DNA of 44,307 bases from UHGV virus genome UHGV-0213691, one strand, 5' to 3'. The notes under the pieces are model-generated. The model had not been told where the DNA came from and did not search any database. It saw nothing but the letters and a program-made list of their open reading frames with translations. Source of the stretch: a virus. How positions within the stretch are numbered: position 1 is the stretch's first letter; the number at the start of each line of letters is the position of its first letter. A program made the translations under genes and the position numbers. This document shows positions 24,947 to 33,028 of this stretch, piece by piece.

Positions 24947-24975
24947 ATAGTACCCTATTATACTGGTGTCTGCAA
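24947..24975 (-). promoter_or_regulatory. Moron promoter (TTGCAG-17-TACTAT) with operator AATAGTACCCTATT (24946-24959)
   Basis: Same conserved architecture as 27937-27965 and 37164-37192. Confidence 0.55.
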
Positions 24976-25019
24976 ATATTATTTTTATGCGTTACACTGT
25001 CGATACGACAGGAGGGCTT

Positions 25020-26063
25020 ATGAGCTTACTTACATCCCTAATCAGCCACCAGATATGGCTGCAACGCACCGCATCCGGTGAGGTGAAAGACCTCGCGCCG
25101 TTCATTCAGGAAATGCGAGATGAAATCAAACGGCAGGTTCTGCTATTCGGCGACGATGGGCGCAGCACTGCGCGACTGAATAAACTGTTACGCGACCTTG
25201 AAGAAGCGTTAACCGGACTTACAGGCGACTGGCAAACAAAACTGACAGAAGACCTTAAGGAACTGGCGGCGTACGAGGCTGAGTGGAACGCAAAGACACT
25301 TACCGCCAACGTAGACGCGGAATTTGTTACGCCTACTGCCGAGCAGGTGTGGGCCGCGGCCGAGTTTCAACCCTTATCGTTGGGTGACAAGCCTGTTGAC
25401 TTCACTAAGCTGATGTCGGGCTGGGGTGAAACAGAGGTATCGCGCCTGGTAACCGGCGTTAAGATGGGCTTTGTTCAGGGTCAGACAACGCGGCAGATTG
25501 TAAAGAATGTTGTTGGTGCCGGTGGCCTGGCTGATATCTCTGAACGTAACGCGGCTACCGTAATCCGCACTGCCCTGTCCCATGTGTCCAACGAAGCCCG
25601 TAACGAGACGTACCGCCAGAACGACGACATCATCGAGAAGTACGAGTGGGTGTCAACGCTTGATAGCCGTACCAGTACGATTTGCAGAGCCAGAGACGGA
25701 ATGACGTGGGAGATCGGTAAAGGGCCGATGCCACCAGCCCATCCGAACTGTCGGTCGTGTACGGCTCCGGTAATCAGTTCAGAGTTCGACTTCCTCGATA
25801 AAGGGGCAAAACGCGCTGCTAAGGGCGCGGACGGCGGCACACAAGTAAGCGCAGACACAACCTATTACGAGTTCCTGAAACAGCAACCGGCATGGTTCCA
25901 GGACCAGGCGCTCGGCCCTGTTCGCGGTAAGATTTTCCGTAACAGCGGTATATCGCCGGAAGAGTTTCGCGTAATATCTGTAGATGGTTTCGGGAATCCG
26001 CTGACGCTTAAGCAGATGGCGGAACTCGATAAACGTGTTGCTGATTATCTGAAAGGGGAATAA
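25020..26063 (+). CDS. Head morphogenesis protein (Mu gpF / SPP1 gp7-like)
   Basis: About 347 aa from ATG 25020 with AGGAGGG RBS; WVSTLDSRTSTICRARDGMTW...PPAHPNCRSC. Confidence 0.7.
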   Translation: MSLLTSLISHQIWLQRTASGEVKDLAPFIQEMRDEIKRQVLLFGDDGRSTARLNKLLRDLEEALTGLTGDWQTKLTEDLKELAAYEAEWNAKTLTANVDAEFVTPTAEQVWAAAEFQPLSLGDKPVDFTKLMSGWGETEVSRLVTGVKMGFVQGQTTRQIVKNVVGAGGLADISERNAATVIRTALSHVSNEARNETYRQNDDIIEKYEWVSTLDSRTSTICRARDGMTWEIGKGPMPPAHPNCRSCTAPVISSEFDFLDKGAKRAAKGADGGTQVSADTTYYEFLKQQPAWFQDQALGPVRGKIFRNSGISPEEFRVISVDGFGNPLTLKQMAELDKRVADYLKGE

Positions 26064-26524
26064 TGATGGGCTTTTTCAAAGTAACTGACGTACCGTCACG
26101 TCGCGTAGTACAGTACGCCCGCGTGTCTGGCTCTGGTGAGAACGTGGTGTTTATTGAGGATGAAAGTGTACCCGGTACACCTGTAGACGATATGCCGTTT
26201 GCGGATAAAACCGGCATTACGTTACCGGCGGCGGGTATGCTTTATGAAATCCCGTATCTGGCGGACGCTGGCGATGTGTATTTCTCTGTGCAGCCGAAAG
26301 ATACAGAACTGACAGACGGCAGCGCAACTATCGCTGTCGAAGTTAAGGCAGGCAAAGCGCCATACGCGCTTACCTGGTACAAAGACGGAAAGGAAGTGGT
26401 AAACGCCCCCGAAGAGGCTTTGTCTCTGACGGTTAACGCTGCGGGCGAATACTTCGTTAAGGTTACCGATGCCGGTGGCGTAGAGACCGTTAGCAAAGCG
26501 GCGAAGGTCACTAAGCCAGAATGA
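26063..26524 (+). CDS. Ig-like domain protein (possible head decoration)
   Basis: 153 aa; ATGA-coupled; I-set-like YALTWYKDGKEV...GEYFVKVTD. Confidence 0.45.
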   Translation: MMGFFKVTDVPSRRVVQYARVSGSGENVVFIEDESVPGTPVDDMPFADKTGITLPAAGMLYEIPYLADAGDVYFSVQPKDTELTDGSATIAVEVKAGKAPYALTWYKDGKEVVNAPEEALSLTVNAAGEYFVKVTDAGGVETVSKAAKVTKPE

Positions 26525-26527
26525 TAA

Positions 26528-26554
26528 AAGGCCCCGTTAAGGGGCCTTAGTTTT
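26528..26554. terminator. Bidirectional intrinsic terminator
   Basis: AAGGCCCC-GTTAA-GGGGCCTT followed by AGTTTT. Confidence 0.7.
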
Positions 26555-27271
26555 AAGTAACCATTCCGTTACTGTAGGGGGTTTAACCATTTCTATGGTG
26601 TGCCTCATTATAGCGGTTCGATGTAGTTTGTCTGTTATGTTAGGTAGTCTTGCTTTAGTTTTTGGCACATTTATAGCTACGTTTGTACTGTCAGCGCTGT
26701 CGAAAGGATAACGGCTTAGAGCCCTCCCATCCAGCATTCTAAGGCCATGGAGTTTTACATCCAATTTTCTGTTTCTATAAACCGCATTAAACGCCTGGTC
26801 CATTCTTTTCTCCCATGACTTAGACCGTATGGCCCTGTGCGGTCCGCAGCAACCTATCGCTACCCGATTGAACCCACGGCACAGCTTTACTAGTCTTCTT
26901 ATGCTTTCGTCACTGTGCCACACCGGGACTGCCTTAGACCTTAACCAATCTGGGACAGTTTCTATTAATGCGTCGTTCTCTTCCTCCGTGCCCTCTATAA
27001 CGTCCGGTATAATGAACCACTCAATACGACTGAACCACTCTCCGACAAAATCATAATATCCTGCCCAATGGGCGCTCCAGTCTATGTTGTCAGGTGCTTT
27101 CTTCCATGTCGAAAAAGCTCCGTTGTCCAACACTAATTTACATCTCAAGGCGGCGATTTTTTGTATTTGGTCAGGGCGGGCATATGACACCAGAGCGCCA
27201 CCCCCACGGTACAATGCTTTTATAAGCTCATCCCCACCCCAAATAGGACCCCCGTGGTAATGCACCGTCAT
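26537..27271 (-). CDS. dpdA: tRNA-guanine-transglycosylase-fold protein, DpdA-like (candidate 7-deazaguanine DNA transglycosylase)
   Basis: 244 aa; VLDNGAFS resembles the TGT substrate-Asp motif (L)TDSGGFQ; FDSADSTNVA resembles the TGT catalytic region DMFDCVxPTRNA; no C-terminal CxCxxC-H zinc subdomain; ATGA-coupled to upstream transporter gene. Confidence 0.5.
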   Translation of the reverse strand: MTVHYHGGPIWGGDELIKALYRGGGALVSYARPDQIQKIAALRCKLVLDNGAFSTWKKAPDNIDWSAHWAGYYDFVGEWFSRIEWFIIPDVIEGTEEENDALIETVPDWLRSKAVPVWHSDESIRRLVKLCRGFNRVAIGCCGPHRAIRSKSWEKRMDQAFNAVYRNRKLDVKLHGLRMLDGRALSRYPFDSADSTNVAINVPKTKARLPNITDKLHRTAIMRHTIEMVKPPTVTEWLLKTKAP

Positions 27272-27732
27272 TTAATTTTCCTCAACAAGAAAGACCACAA
27301 AGCTCCGCCAAAAACCTTAGCCGCGAATTGGCCCAGTACGACTAGCGGCATGAAAGAACCGAAAGCTATTAGTGGGAAAATAAAAGAGTCCGCCGCCGAG
27401 GCCGCGGTATTACTTACATTTGACTTAACTAGCCACTTTTTATTGATTAGTGCCTGGTAAACAACGGCATCCAGGATGGCAGCACAAGCGAAGGCAACAA
27501 CGCTTGCCACAGCAATCTTTCCGGTTGCCGGGTTTATGGAGAAACTTATAATGCCAGCTACTAGTATCAGTATGAATATTTTTTGTACGCCAATCCTCTC
27601 GTGCAACTTATCTCTTATTACGAAATCAAGCCCAATAAGTAGAAAGGCATTTACCGGTGTCGCTAACGGACCAAACACAGTTACCGAAAAGTTAGCAGCG
27701 CATATCGCCGCTACGTAAATTGCATACATCAT
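27268..27732 (-). CDS. Polytopic membrane protein, YhhQ/VUT-family-like (candidate queuosine-precursor transporter)
   Basis: 154 aa, several hydrophobic helices; GLDFVIRDKLHERIG, AAILDAVVYQALI and SAADSFIFPLIAF resemble remembered YhhQ motifs. Confidence 0.4.
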   Translation of the reverse strand: MMYAIYVAAICAANFSVTVFGPLATPVNAFLLIGLDFVIRDKLHERIGVQKIFILILVAGIISFSINPATGKIAVASVVAFACAAILDAVVYQALINKKWLVKSNVSNTAASAADSFIFPLIAFGSFMPLVVLGQFAAKVFGGALWSFLLRKIK

Positions 27733-27733
27733 A

Positions 27734-27895
27734 TTAGCGCCCCCAGTTACGGGCAGCGTTTGCCACTAGTGCAATCGTTTCTTCGAAAATGTAGTCAAGT
27801 TTAACAATCTGACGCATTTTACGGCGGAACTTACGTTTGTCCCCATTTTTCGAACTTAAATTAGTATTTACGGTAATTCTTTTTGCTAATTTCAT
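27734..27895 (-). CDS. Small basic protein (53 aa), first gene of moron operon
   Basis: Not in track; ATG with GGGAG RBS; stop 1 nt before transporter ATG. Confidence 0.3.
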   Translation of the reverse strand: MKLAKRITVNTNLSSKNGDKRKFRRKMRQIVKLDYIFEETIALVANAARNWGR

Positions 27896-27936
27896 TTTCC
27901 ATCTCCCATTTAAGTTAACATTGTTGGTGTAAGTGA

Positions 27937-27965
27937 ATAGTACCCTATTATGTTGGGGTGTGCAA
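27937..27965 (-). promoter_or_regulatory. Moron promoter (TTGCAC-17-TACTAT) with operator AATAGTACCCTATT (27936-27949)
   Basis: 33-bp block identical to the promoter at 14856-14884 except one base. Confidence 0.6.
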
Positions 27966-28017
27966 ACTATTTATTAACCTATTCCAGTTATTCCACCGAA
28001 TTGTAAATGTTAGAATA

Positions 28018-28060
28018 AACTATTCGAATAGTTGACTTTTCACTGAAAATGTGCTAAGCT
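28018..28060 (+). promoter_or_regulatory. Rightward promoter (TTGACT-17-TAAGCT) abutting perfect 16-bp palindrome AACTATTCGAATAGTT (28018-28033)
   Basis: Hexamers at 28032-28037 and 28055-28060; the palindrome has the operator half-sites in inverted order. Confidence 0.45.
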
Positions 28061-28240
28061 CCACCTGAGCTTGTGAAGTATGAACAAGCGACCGCGGCGC
28101 GGGCAGGTAACGGAGCGGGACGTAAGTCTTGAGTGTAGTTACGCTGACGCGTTCGGAATGGCCATACTCTATTGCTTGTGTAAAAAGTAACTGGTTTACT
28201 GAGATTACGCCGTTTCTATGTTTAAATGATAAGGCCTAGC

Positions 28241-28266
28241 GCCCCGCTTTATGGCGGGGCTTTACT
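28241..28266 (+). terminator. Leader terminator/attenuator upstream of spanin and capsid genes
   Basis: GCCCCGC-TTTATG-GCGGGGC followed by TTTACTT; about 180 nt downstream of promoter; RBS AAGGAG follows. Confidence 0.45.
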
Positions 28267-28284
28267 TATCGAGAAAGGAGAAAC

Positions 28285-28671
28285 ATGAATCTTAACGCAA
28301 CTGTCGTAGCAGGAGCATGTTTCATCATCCTGTTATACGCACACGGCTACTATCAATACCGCATCGGCTGGAACGAAGGCCGGGCGAATCTCGTTTCTCA
28401 GCAACAGCAGAAAGCACAGGCTGAGTTAGCGAAGAAAACACAACGGCAGCAGCAGGATGAATCTAAGGCCGCCGCCGCTGACAACGAAGGCAAGACGAAA
28501 TCAGAGGTGATTACCCGTGAAGTCGTTAAATACATTAAAACGCCTGGTCGCAGCGTGTGCACTTTCGATGATGCTCGCGTCATGCTCAAGTCCCGCGCCG
28601 TCGCAAACGCCAATTCCATCCCCGGATACGACGATGATGCAGCCGCCGTGCAAACTGGCACCACCAAGTAG
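28285..28671 (+). CDS. i-spanin (Rz-like)
   Basis: 128 aa; N-terminal TM (VVAGACFIILLYAHG), Q/K/E-rich periplasmic coiled coil; o-spanin gene embedded at 3' end. Confidence 0.6.
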   Translation: MNLNATVVAGACFIILLYAHGYYQYRIGWNEGRANLVSQQQQKAQAELAKKTQRQQQDESKAAAADNEGKTKSEVITREVVKYIKTPGRSVCTFDDARVMLKSRAVANANSIPGYDDDAAAVQTGTTK

Positions 28672-28780
28672 TGACGCTGACGAGGATTTAGCTATCGACG
28701 TCCAGAACGCCGAATGTGTACGGCAACTGAGACTGAAAGTGTTCATGCTGCAGGATTACGTGAGGAATATTCTGGAATAG
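28517..28780 (+). CDS. o-spanin (Rz1-like lipoprotein), overlapping i-spanin in +1 frame
   Basis: 87 aa; signal peptide with lipobox LASC, then Pro-rich SSPAPSQTPIPSP; GTG start with GAGGTGA RBS. Confidence 0.55.
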   Translation: MKSLNTLKRLVAACALSMMLASCSSPAPSQTPIPSPDTTMMQPPCKLAPPSSDADEDLAIDVQNAECVRQLRLKVFMLQDYVRNILE

Positions 28781-28862
28781 TTGCCTTGCATGTTGGAATA
28801 ATTTATTCTTGACATGTAAATCCGGGTGGCCCGGGTTCCAACGTCCAGGGGACATACTGACT

Positions 28863-29564
28863 ATGAATCGTTTTTTACGTTATCCGTTCCAGGAAGAAGC
28901 TGGGGCAGAAGATAAATCTGGTGGCGGTGACGCGCCGAAAATGTTCACAGCCGAAGAAGTTCAGGCGCTGATTGAGAAAGAGGTTGCCGGGCTTAAGGCC
29001 AATCAGGAAGCATTGCTGGCGGAGAAGAAAGAAGCCGCTCGCAAAGCAAAAGAGGCCGAAGAAGAACGGCAGCGTGCGCACCAGGAGGCGTTAAAAGCCG
29101 CCGGCAAGATGGACGAGTTCGAAAAAACGATTCGTAGCCAGTATGACCCGGTGTTAGCCGAGAAAGATGGTCGCATCTCCAGAATGGCAGAGCGCATCCT
29201 CGGCAGCGAACGTAAAGCGGTGTTAGGCTCTTTCGCTGGTGATTTTATTACCCCGGAAGCAGTAGACATTCTTGCACCGTTCGTTAAGACTGAGTTCGAA
29301 GGTGATGATGTGGTTACTAAGTTTGTCGGCGCAGACGGCAACGTAATCACGACTGACCCGGAACAGTTCCGCAAATACTTGCGCGAACATAAAGCGTTTT
29401 CGCATTTGATTAAAGCAAATGCAGCTTCCGGCGGCGGGGCTTCCGGTAGCAAAGGCGGCGGGGCCGCACCAGCGTTTAAAGACATGAGTGAAGCGGAGCG
29501 TTTAGCTCTGTATAAATCGAACCCTGCCGAATTTGAACGGCAACTTAAAGCCCTGAGGAAATAA
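28863..29564 (+). CDS. Putative scaffolding protein
   Basis: About 233 aa; E/K/A-rich coiled-coil; immediately upstream of major capsid gene. Confidence 0.55.
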   Translation: MNRFLRYPFQEEAGAEDKSGGGDAPKMFTAEEVQALIEKEVAGLKANQEALLAEKKEAARKAKEAEEERQRAHQEALKAAGKMDEFEKTIRSQYDPVLAEKDGRISRMAERILGSERKAVLGSFAGDFITPEAVDILAPFVKTEFEGDDVVTKFVGADGNVITTDPEQFRKYLREHKAFSHLIKANAASGGGASGSKGGGAAPAFKDMSEAERLALYKSNPAEFERQLKALRK

Positions 29565-29566
29565 TA

Positions 29567-30616
29567 ATGGCAATTACCACTATCGGCGATATCGTAACTG
29601 GCAACATCCCGGTCCTGGCGTCTTATATGACAGAGGACCCGGTAGAAAAAACCGCGTTCTTCCAGTCCGGTATTCTGACCCCGACCCCGTACGCTGCCGA
29701 GATTGCCCGCGGCTCGTCCAACATCGCTAATATTCCTTTCTGGAAAGCGATCGATACGTCTATCGAGCCTAACTACTCGAACGACGTATATCAGGACATC
29801 GCTACCCCGCGTAACGTGCAGACCGGTGAGATGATGGCCCGCGTTGCTTATCTGAACGAAGGTTTTGGACAGGCGGATTTGACCGTTGAACTGACCAGCC
29901 AGAACCCGCTGCAATCCGTAGCATCTCGTCTGGATAACTTCTGGCAGCGTCAGGCGCAGCGCCGTCTGATTGCTACCGCGCTCGGCCTGTACAACGACAA
30001 CGTAGCTGCGACCGATGCGTACCACGAGCAGAACGACATGGTTGTAGACGTGTCCGCGACTCTGGGCTTCGACTCCGGCGCGTTCATCGATGCAACCCAG
30101 ACTATGGGTGATGCTCTGATTGGTAACGGCGGCGAGGTGCTGGGCGCTATCGCGATGCACAGCTTCGTTTATGCGCAGGCCCGTAAGCAGCAGCTTATCG
30201 ACTTCATCCGCGACGCCGACAACAACACCGAGTTCGCCACCTACCAGGGCTACCGTGTGATTGTTGACGACAGCATGACCGTAGTCGGCACCGGTACGAG
30301 CCGTAAGTTCATCTCCATCATCTTTGGCAACGGCGCTATCGGCTACGGAGAAGGCAACCCAACCAAGCCGCTGGGCTATGAGCGCGAAGAGTCTCGCGGC
30401 AACGGCGGCGGCGTTGAAACCCTGTGGACCCGTAAGACCTGGTTGCTGCATCCGTTTGGTTACAGCTTTACCAGCGCGGTAATCACCGGCAACGGCACCG
30501 AGACTATCGCTCGCTCTGCTTCATGGCAGGACCTGGCGAACGCCTCCAACTGGAACCGTGTGGTTGAGCGTAAGCACGTACCGATTGCCTTCCTGGTAAC
30601 TGGTGTCGGTGCTTAA
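29567..30616 (+). CDS. Major capsid protein
   Basis: 349 aa; GAGGAA RBS; follows scaffold and precedes strong terminator; size and position typical. Confidence 0.75.
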   Translation: MAITTIGDIVTGNIPVLASYMTEDPVEKTAFFQSGILTPTPYAAEIARGSSNIANIPFWKAIDTSIEPNYSNDVYQDIATPRNVQTGEMMARVAYLNEGFGQADLTVELTSQNPLQSVASRLDNFWQRQAQRRLIATALGLYNDNVAATDAYHEQNDMVVDVSATLGFDSGAFIDATQTMGDALIGNGGEVLGAIAMHSFVYAQARKQQLIDFIRDADNNTEFATYQGYRVIVDDSMTVVGTGTSRKFISIIFGNGAIGYGEGNPTKPLGYEREESRGNGGGVETLWTRKTWLLHPFGYSFTSAVITGNGTETIARSASWQDLANASNWNRVVERKHVPIAFLVTGVGA

Positions 30617-30632
30617 GGTTAAGCTATAATCG

Positions 30633-30660
30633 AGAGGGACTTCGGTCCCTCTTTTCATTT
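30633..30660 (+). terminator. Intrinsic terminator after major capsid gene
   Basis: AGAGGGAC-TTCG-GTCCCTCT followed by TTTCATTT. Confidence 0.7.
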
Positions 30661-30675
30661 ACTAAGAGGTAAATT

Positions 30676-30975
30676 ATGGCTAAGACCGGAAAAGGCTTGC
30701 CGCGCAGCCTTCAGAATGTTGACTTCGGTGACCTTGATATCCCTGTAACGCCTGCTACTACCAGCGTAGTTGGTGGGGTTAAAAAGTCAGCTACTGTAGC
30801 CGCACCCGCGGCCATTACCGCTGCCGCCGGGGCGCAGTCCGCTGCGGAACCGACTAAAGCTGAGTTCGATGCCCTTGTAGCGGAGTACAACAAACTCCGA
30901 ACCGATGTTACTGCGCTGCGCACTACCGTAGCAAATCTGTTGACTGCGCTTAAAAACGCAGGAACCGTAAGCTAA
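30676..30975 (+). CDS. Hypothetical head-associated protein (99 aa, Ala-rich)
   Basis: AAGAGGT RBS; downstream of capsid gene. Confidence 0.45.
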   Translation: MAKTGKGLPRSLQNVDFGDLDIPVTPATTSVVGGVKKSATVAAPAAITAAAGAQSAAEPTKAEFDALVAEYNKLRTDVTALRTTVANLLTALKNAGTVS

Positions 30976-30987
30976 AGGAGCTTAAAA

Positions 30988-31338
30988 ATGGTTGATGTAA
31001 TCAAACGTCGCATTACTGGTGTCTCTGACGACTCCCCGGCTGATGGCCAGGTAGAAATCGACATGGCAAACATCTCGCCAGCATCTTTTTCTACCGCACT
31101 GAACGCTACCACAGCAGTTACAGCCGGGCAGACTATGACACTGACCGTAGTTGTTACCGGTGGTCTGGTGCCGTACACCTACCAGTGGTACAAGGATAAC
31201 AACGCTATACCAGGCGCTACCGCGGCTACCTACGCGAAGGCGTCTACTACGACCGCAGATTCAGGCACGTATAAAGTGGTTGTTCACGATGTGTATGGTA
31301 ATATTATCTCCAGCAGCACTGTAGCAACTGTGTCTTAA
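30988..31338 (+). CDS. Ig-like domain protein (Hoc-like decoration candidate)
   Basis: 116 aa; I-set-like YTYQWYKDNNAI...DSGTYKVVVHD. Confidence 0.5.
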   Translation: MVDVIKRRITGVSDDSPADGQVEIDMANISPASFSTALNATTAVTAGQTMTLTVVVTGGLVPYTYQWYKDNNAIPGATAATYAKASTTTADSGTYKVVVHDVYGNIISSSTVATVS

Positions 31339-31374
31339 TGCAACGGCCCTTCGGGGCCGTAATAAGGAAAGGTC

Positions 31375-31554
31375 ATGGCAGATAATTATGTAATCCGCGA
31401 AAAGTACACCCACGTTGACGTTGTTGACGGTCAGGTGATGCCCGTTCGCGGTGTTGTAGCCGCGGATGAACTGGTGACGACACAACCGGACAACGAAGAA
31501 GCGCACAACAACGGCGGTGGTACTAAGCGTCGTCGCCGTAAATCAGAGGAATAA
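31375..31554 (+). CDS. Hypothetical protein (59 aa)
   Basis: Not in track; ATG with AAGGAAAGG RBS. Confidence 0.3.
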   Translation: MADNYVIREKYTHVDVVDGQVMPVRGVVAADELVTTQPDNEEAHNNGGGTKRRRRKSEE

Positions 31555-31557
31555 TTT

Positions 31558-32070
31558 ATGCCGCTAATCGTGGAAGACGGGTCGATAGTCCCGAATGCCG
31601 ACAGTTACGTTAGTCTGGCTGACGCCCGCGCGTTAGCGGCTAATTACGGTCTCGAGCTACCAGCGGACGATGCCGCCGCCGAAGTAGCTCTGCGCAACGG
31701 TGCTACTTATGTCGGGCTTGCTGAGCCGCAGATGTGCGGTCGTCGCGTATCTGCTGAACAGTCTCTGGCTTATCCTCGCACTGGTGTAACGCTAAACGGG
31801 TTCCCCGTAGCTGACAACGCCATCCCGAAGCAGGTGATTCTTGCGCAGGTAATCGCCGCGGTTACGTATGGCGCGGGAATTGGGGTACGTGCTAACTCTG
31901 ACGGTCGCTCTGTGCAGACTGAGCGTGTCGAGGGTGCGGTTACAGTGACCTACTTCAACAACGGCAGCAGTGGGGCTACAACCGCGATTACCGCTGCTGA
32001 CGATGCCTTACGCCCGTTACTGTGCGGCGGTCTTAATAATGGGTTCTCCTTTAACGTGTACCGGGGTTAA
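31558..32070 (+). CDS. Putative head-tail connector/adaptor protein
   Basis: 170 aa; N-terminal SYVSLADARALAANYGLELP pattern; position in neck module. Confidence 0.4.
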   Translation: MPLIVEDGSIVPNADSYVSLADARALAANYGLELPADDAAAEVALRNGATYVGLAEPQMCGRRVSAEQSLAYPRTGVTLNGFPVADNAIPKQVILAQVIAAVTYGAGIGVRANSDGRSVQTERVEGAVTVTYFNNGSSGATTAITAADDALRPLLCGGLNNGFSFNVYRG

Positions 32071-32072
32071 AA

Positions 32073-32687
32073 ATGGCGAAGACTAAGTCAGAGATGTTTA
32101 CTCTTATCGGCACTAACCTCCCCGATAACACCACCGGACTTATTACCCCAGCCGCATTGCGCGAGGTAATGACGCAGATGGCTGACTCACCTATTTACGC
32201 CACTCCAGGTGTTAAAGAGGTTGAAGTTCTCCGCGCTGCATCGACCGTAGCACAAGCGCCTACCGCAGTAGATACGGCGTTGCAGTTATCTTTCGGCTCT
32301 GCTCAGGGCAGCGCATCCGACCCGGTAATGATTAATGCTGCGGGGCTGGTTACGTTCAACACCGCGGGTAACTATGCCGTTCGAATCAAGTTACAGGCTG
32401 GCCGCACAGGGGCGAGCGGTACATCTATCCTGTTGTCGCGTATCCTCATTAACGGCGCTCAGTACGGATCCCCCGCAGCAACTAAGCTGGTAAGCGCCGA
32501 CGTAACGATTCCGATTGAGTCCCGCGTTGTTATTAACCCGACCGCGGGCCGGACGTTTGCCGTTCAGATTATGCGAGATAGCGCTGGGAGTAACTTCGGC
32601 GGCGTGTACCCACAAGCGGCCACCGTAACCGCATGGGGTACAGCACCATCCGCATTACTGGTTATTTCGAGACTGGAGGCCGCGTAA
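32073..32687 (+). CDS. Structural protein of unknown role (204 aa)
   Basis: Gly/Ala/Thr-rich beta-type composition; within head-tail module. Confidence 0.4.
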   Translation: MAKTKSEMFTLIGTNLPDNTTGLITPAALREVMTQMADSPIYATPGVKEVEVLRAASTVAQAPTAVDTALQLSFGSAQGSASDPVMINAAGLVTFNTAGNYAVRIKLQAGRTGASGTSILLSRILINGAQYGSPAATKLVSADVTIPIESRVVINPTAGRTFAVQIMRDSAGSNFGGVYPQAATVTAWGTAPSALLVISRLEAA

Positions 32688-33028
32688 TGAGCTTATTTCA
32701 GTGCGATAATTGCGGGTGTGTAGAAAATACTGCGCTCGCTTCGCAAGGGTTCATCGGATTTTTTGAGAAGCTCTACGACTGGGGATATGCCCCTGAAAGG
32801 AGGGGTATGAGGTTATGTAGCGCTTGCGGCCCAGTGAAATACCGCGACGGCTCCACTACAGAGTACGGGAAGTGGCACAATGTGTTCACCCGGGACTACT
32901 TACCCATAGGAGAGTTTGAGACAAATAACGTCGGCAACCTGGTGCATAAGAAAACTAAAAGCGAGGACTATCGTCAGTATATTATTAGGTCGGATGAGGA
33001 TATACCTAATACGGGGTTTGACTTATGA
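32687..33028 (+). CDS. Zn-ribbon protein (CxxC...CxxC)
   Basis: About 113 aa from ATG 32687 with GGAGG RBS; CDNCGC and CSACG motifs. Confidence 0.4.
   Translation: MSLFQCDNCGCVENTALASQGFIGFFEKLYDWGYAPERRGMRLCSACGPVKYRDGSTTEYGKWHNVFTRDYLPIGEFETNNVGNLVHKKTKSEDYRQYIIRSDEDIPNTGFDL

Noticed and set aside
28080-28190. 36-codon ORF in the leader upstream of the spanin genes
   Set aside because: Weak RBS and GC-rich structured context; more likely part of a regulatory leader RNA, though translation cannot be excluded.
29003-30451. 482-aa ORF antisense to the major capsid gene
   Set aside because: No RBS and Arg/Ala/Gly-rich composition typical of antisense reading; the sense frame sits in a coupled structural operon with RBS and terminator.
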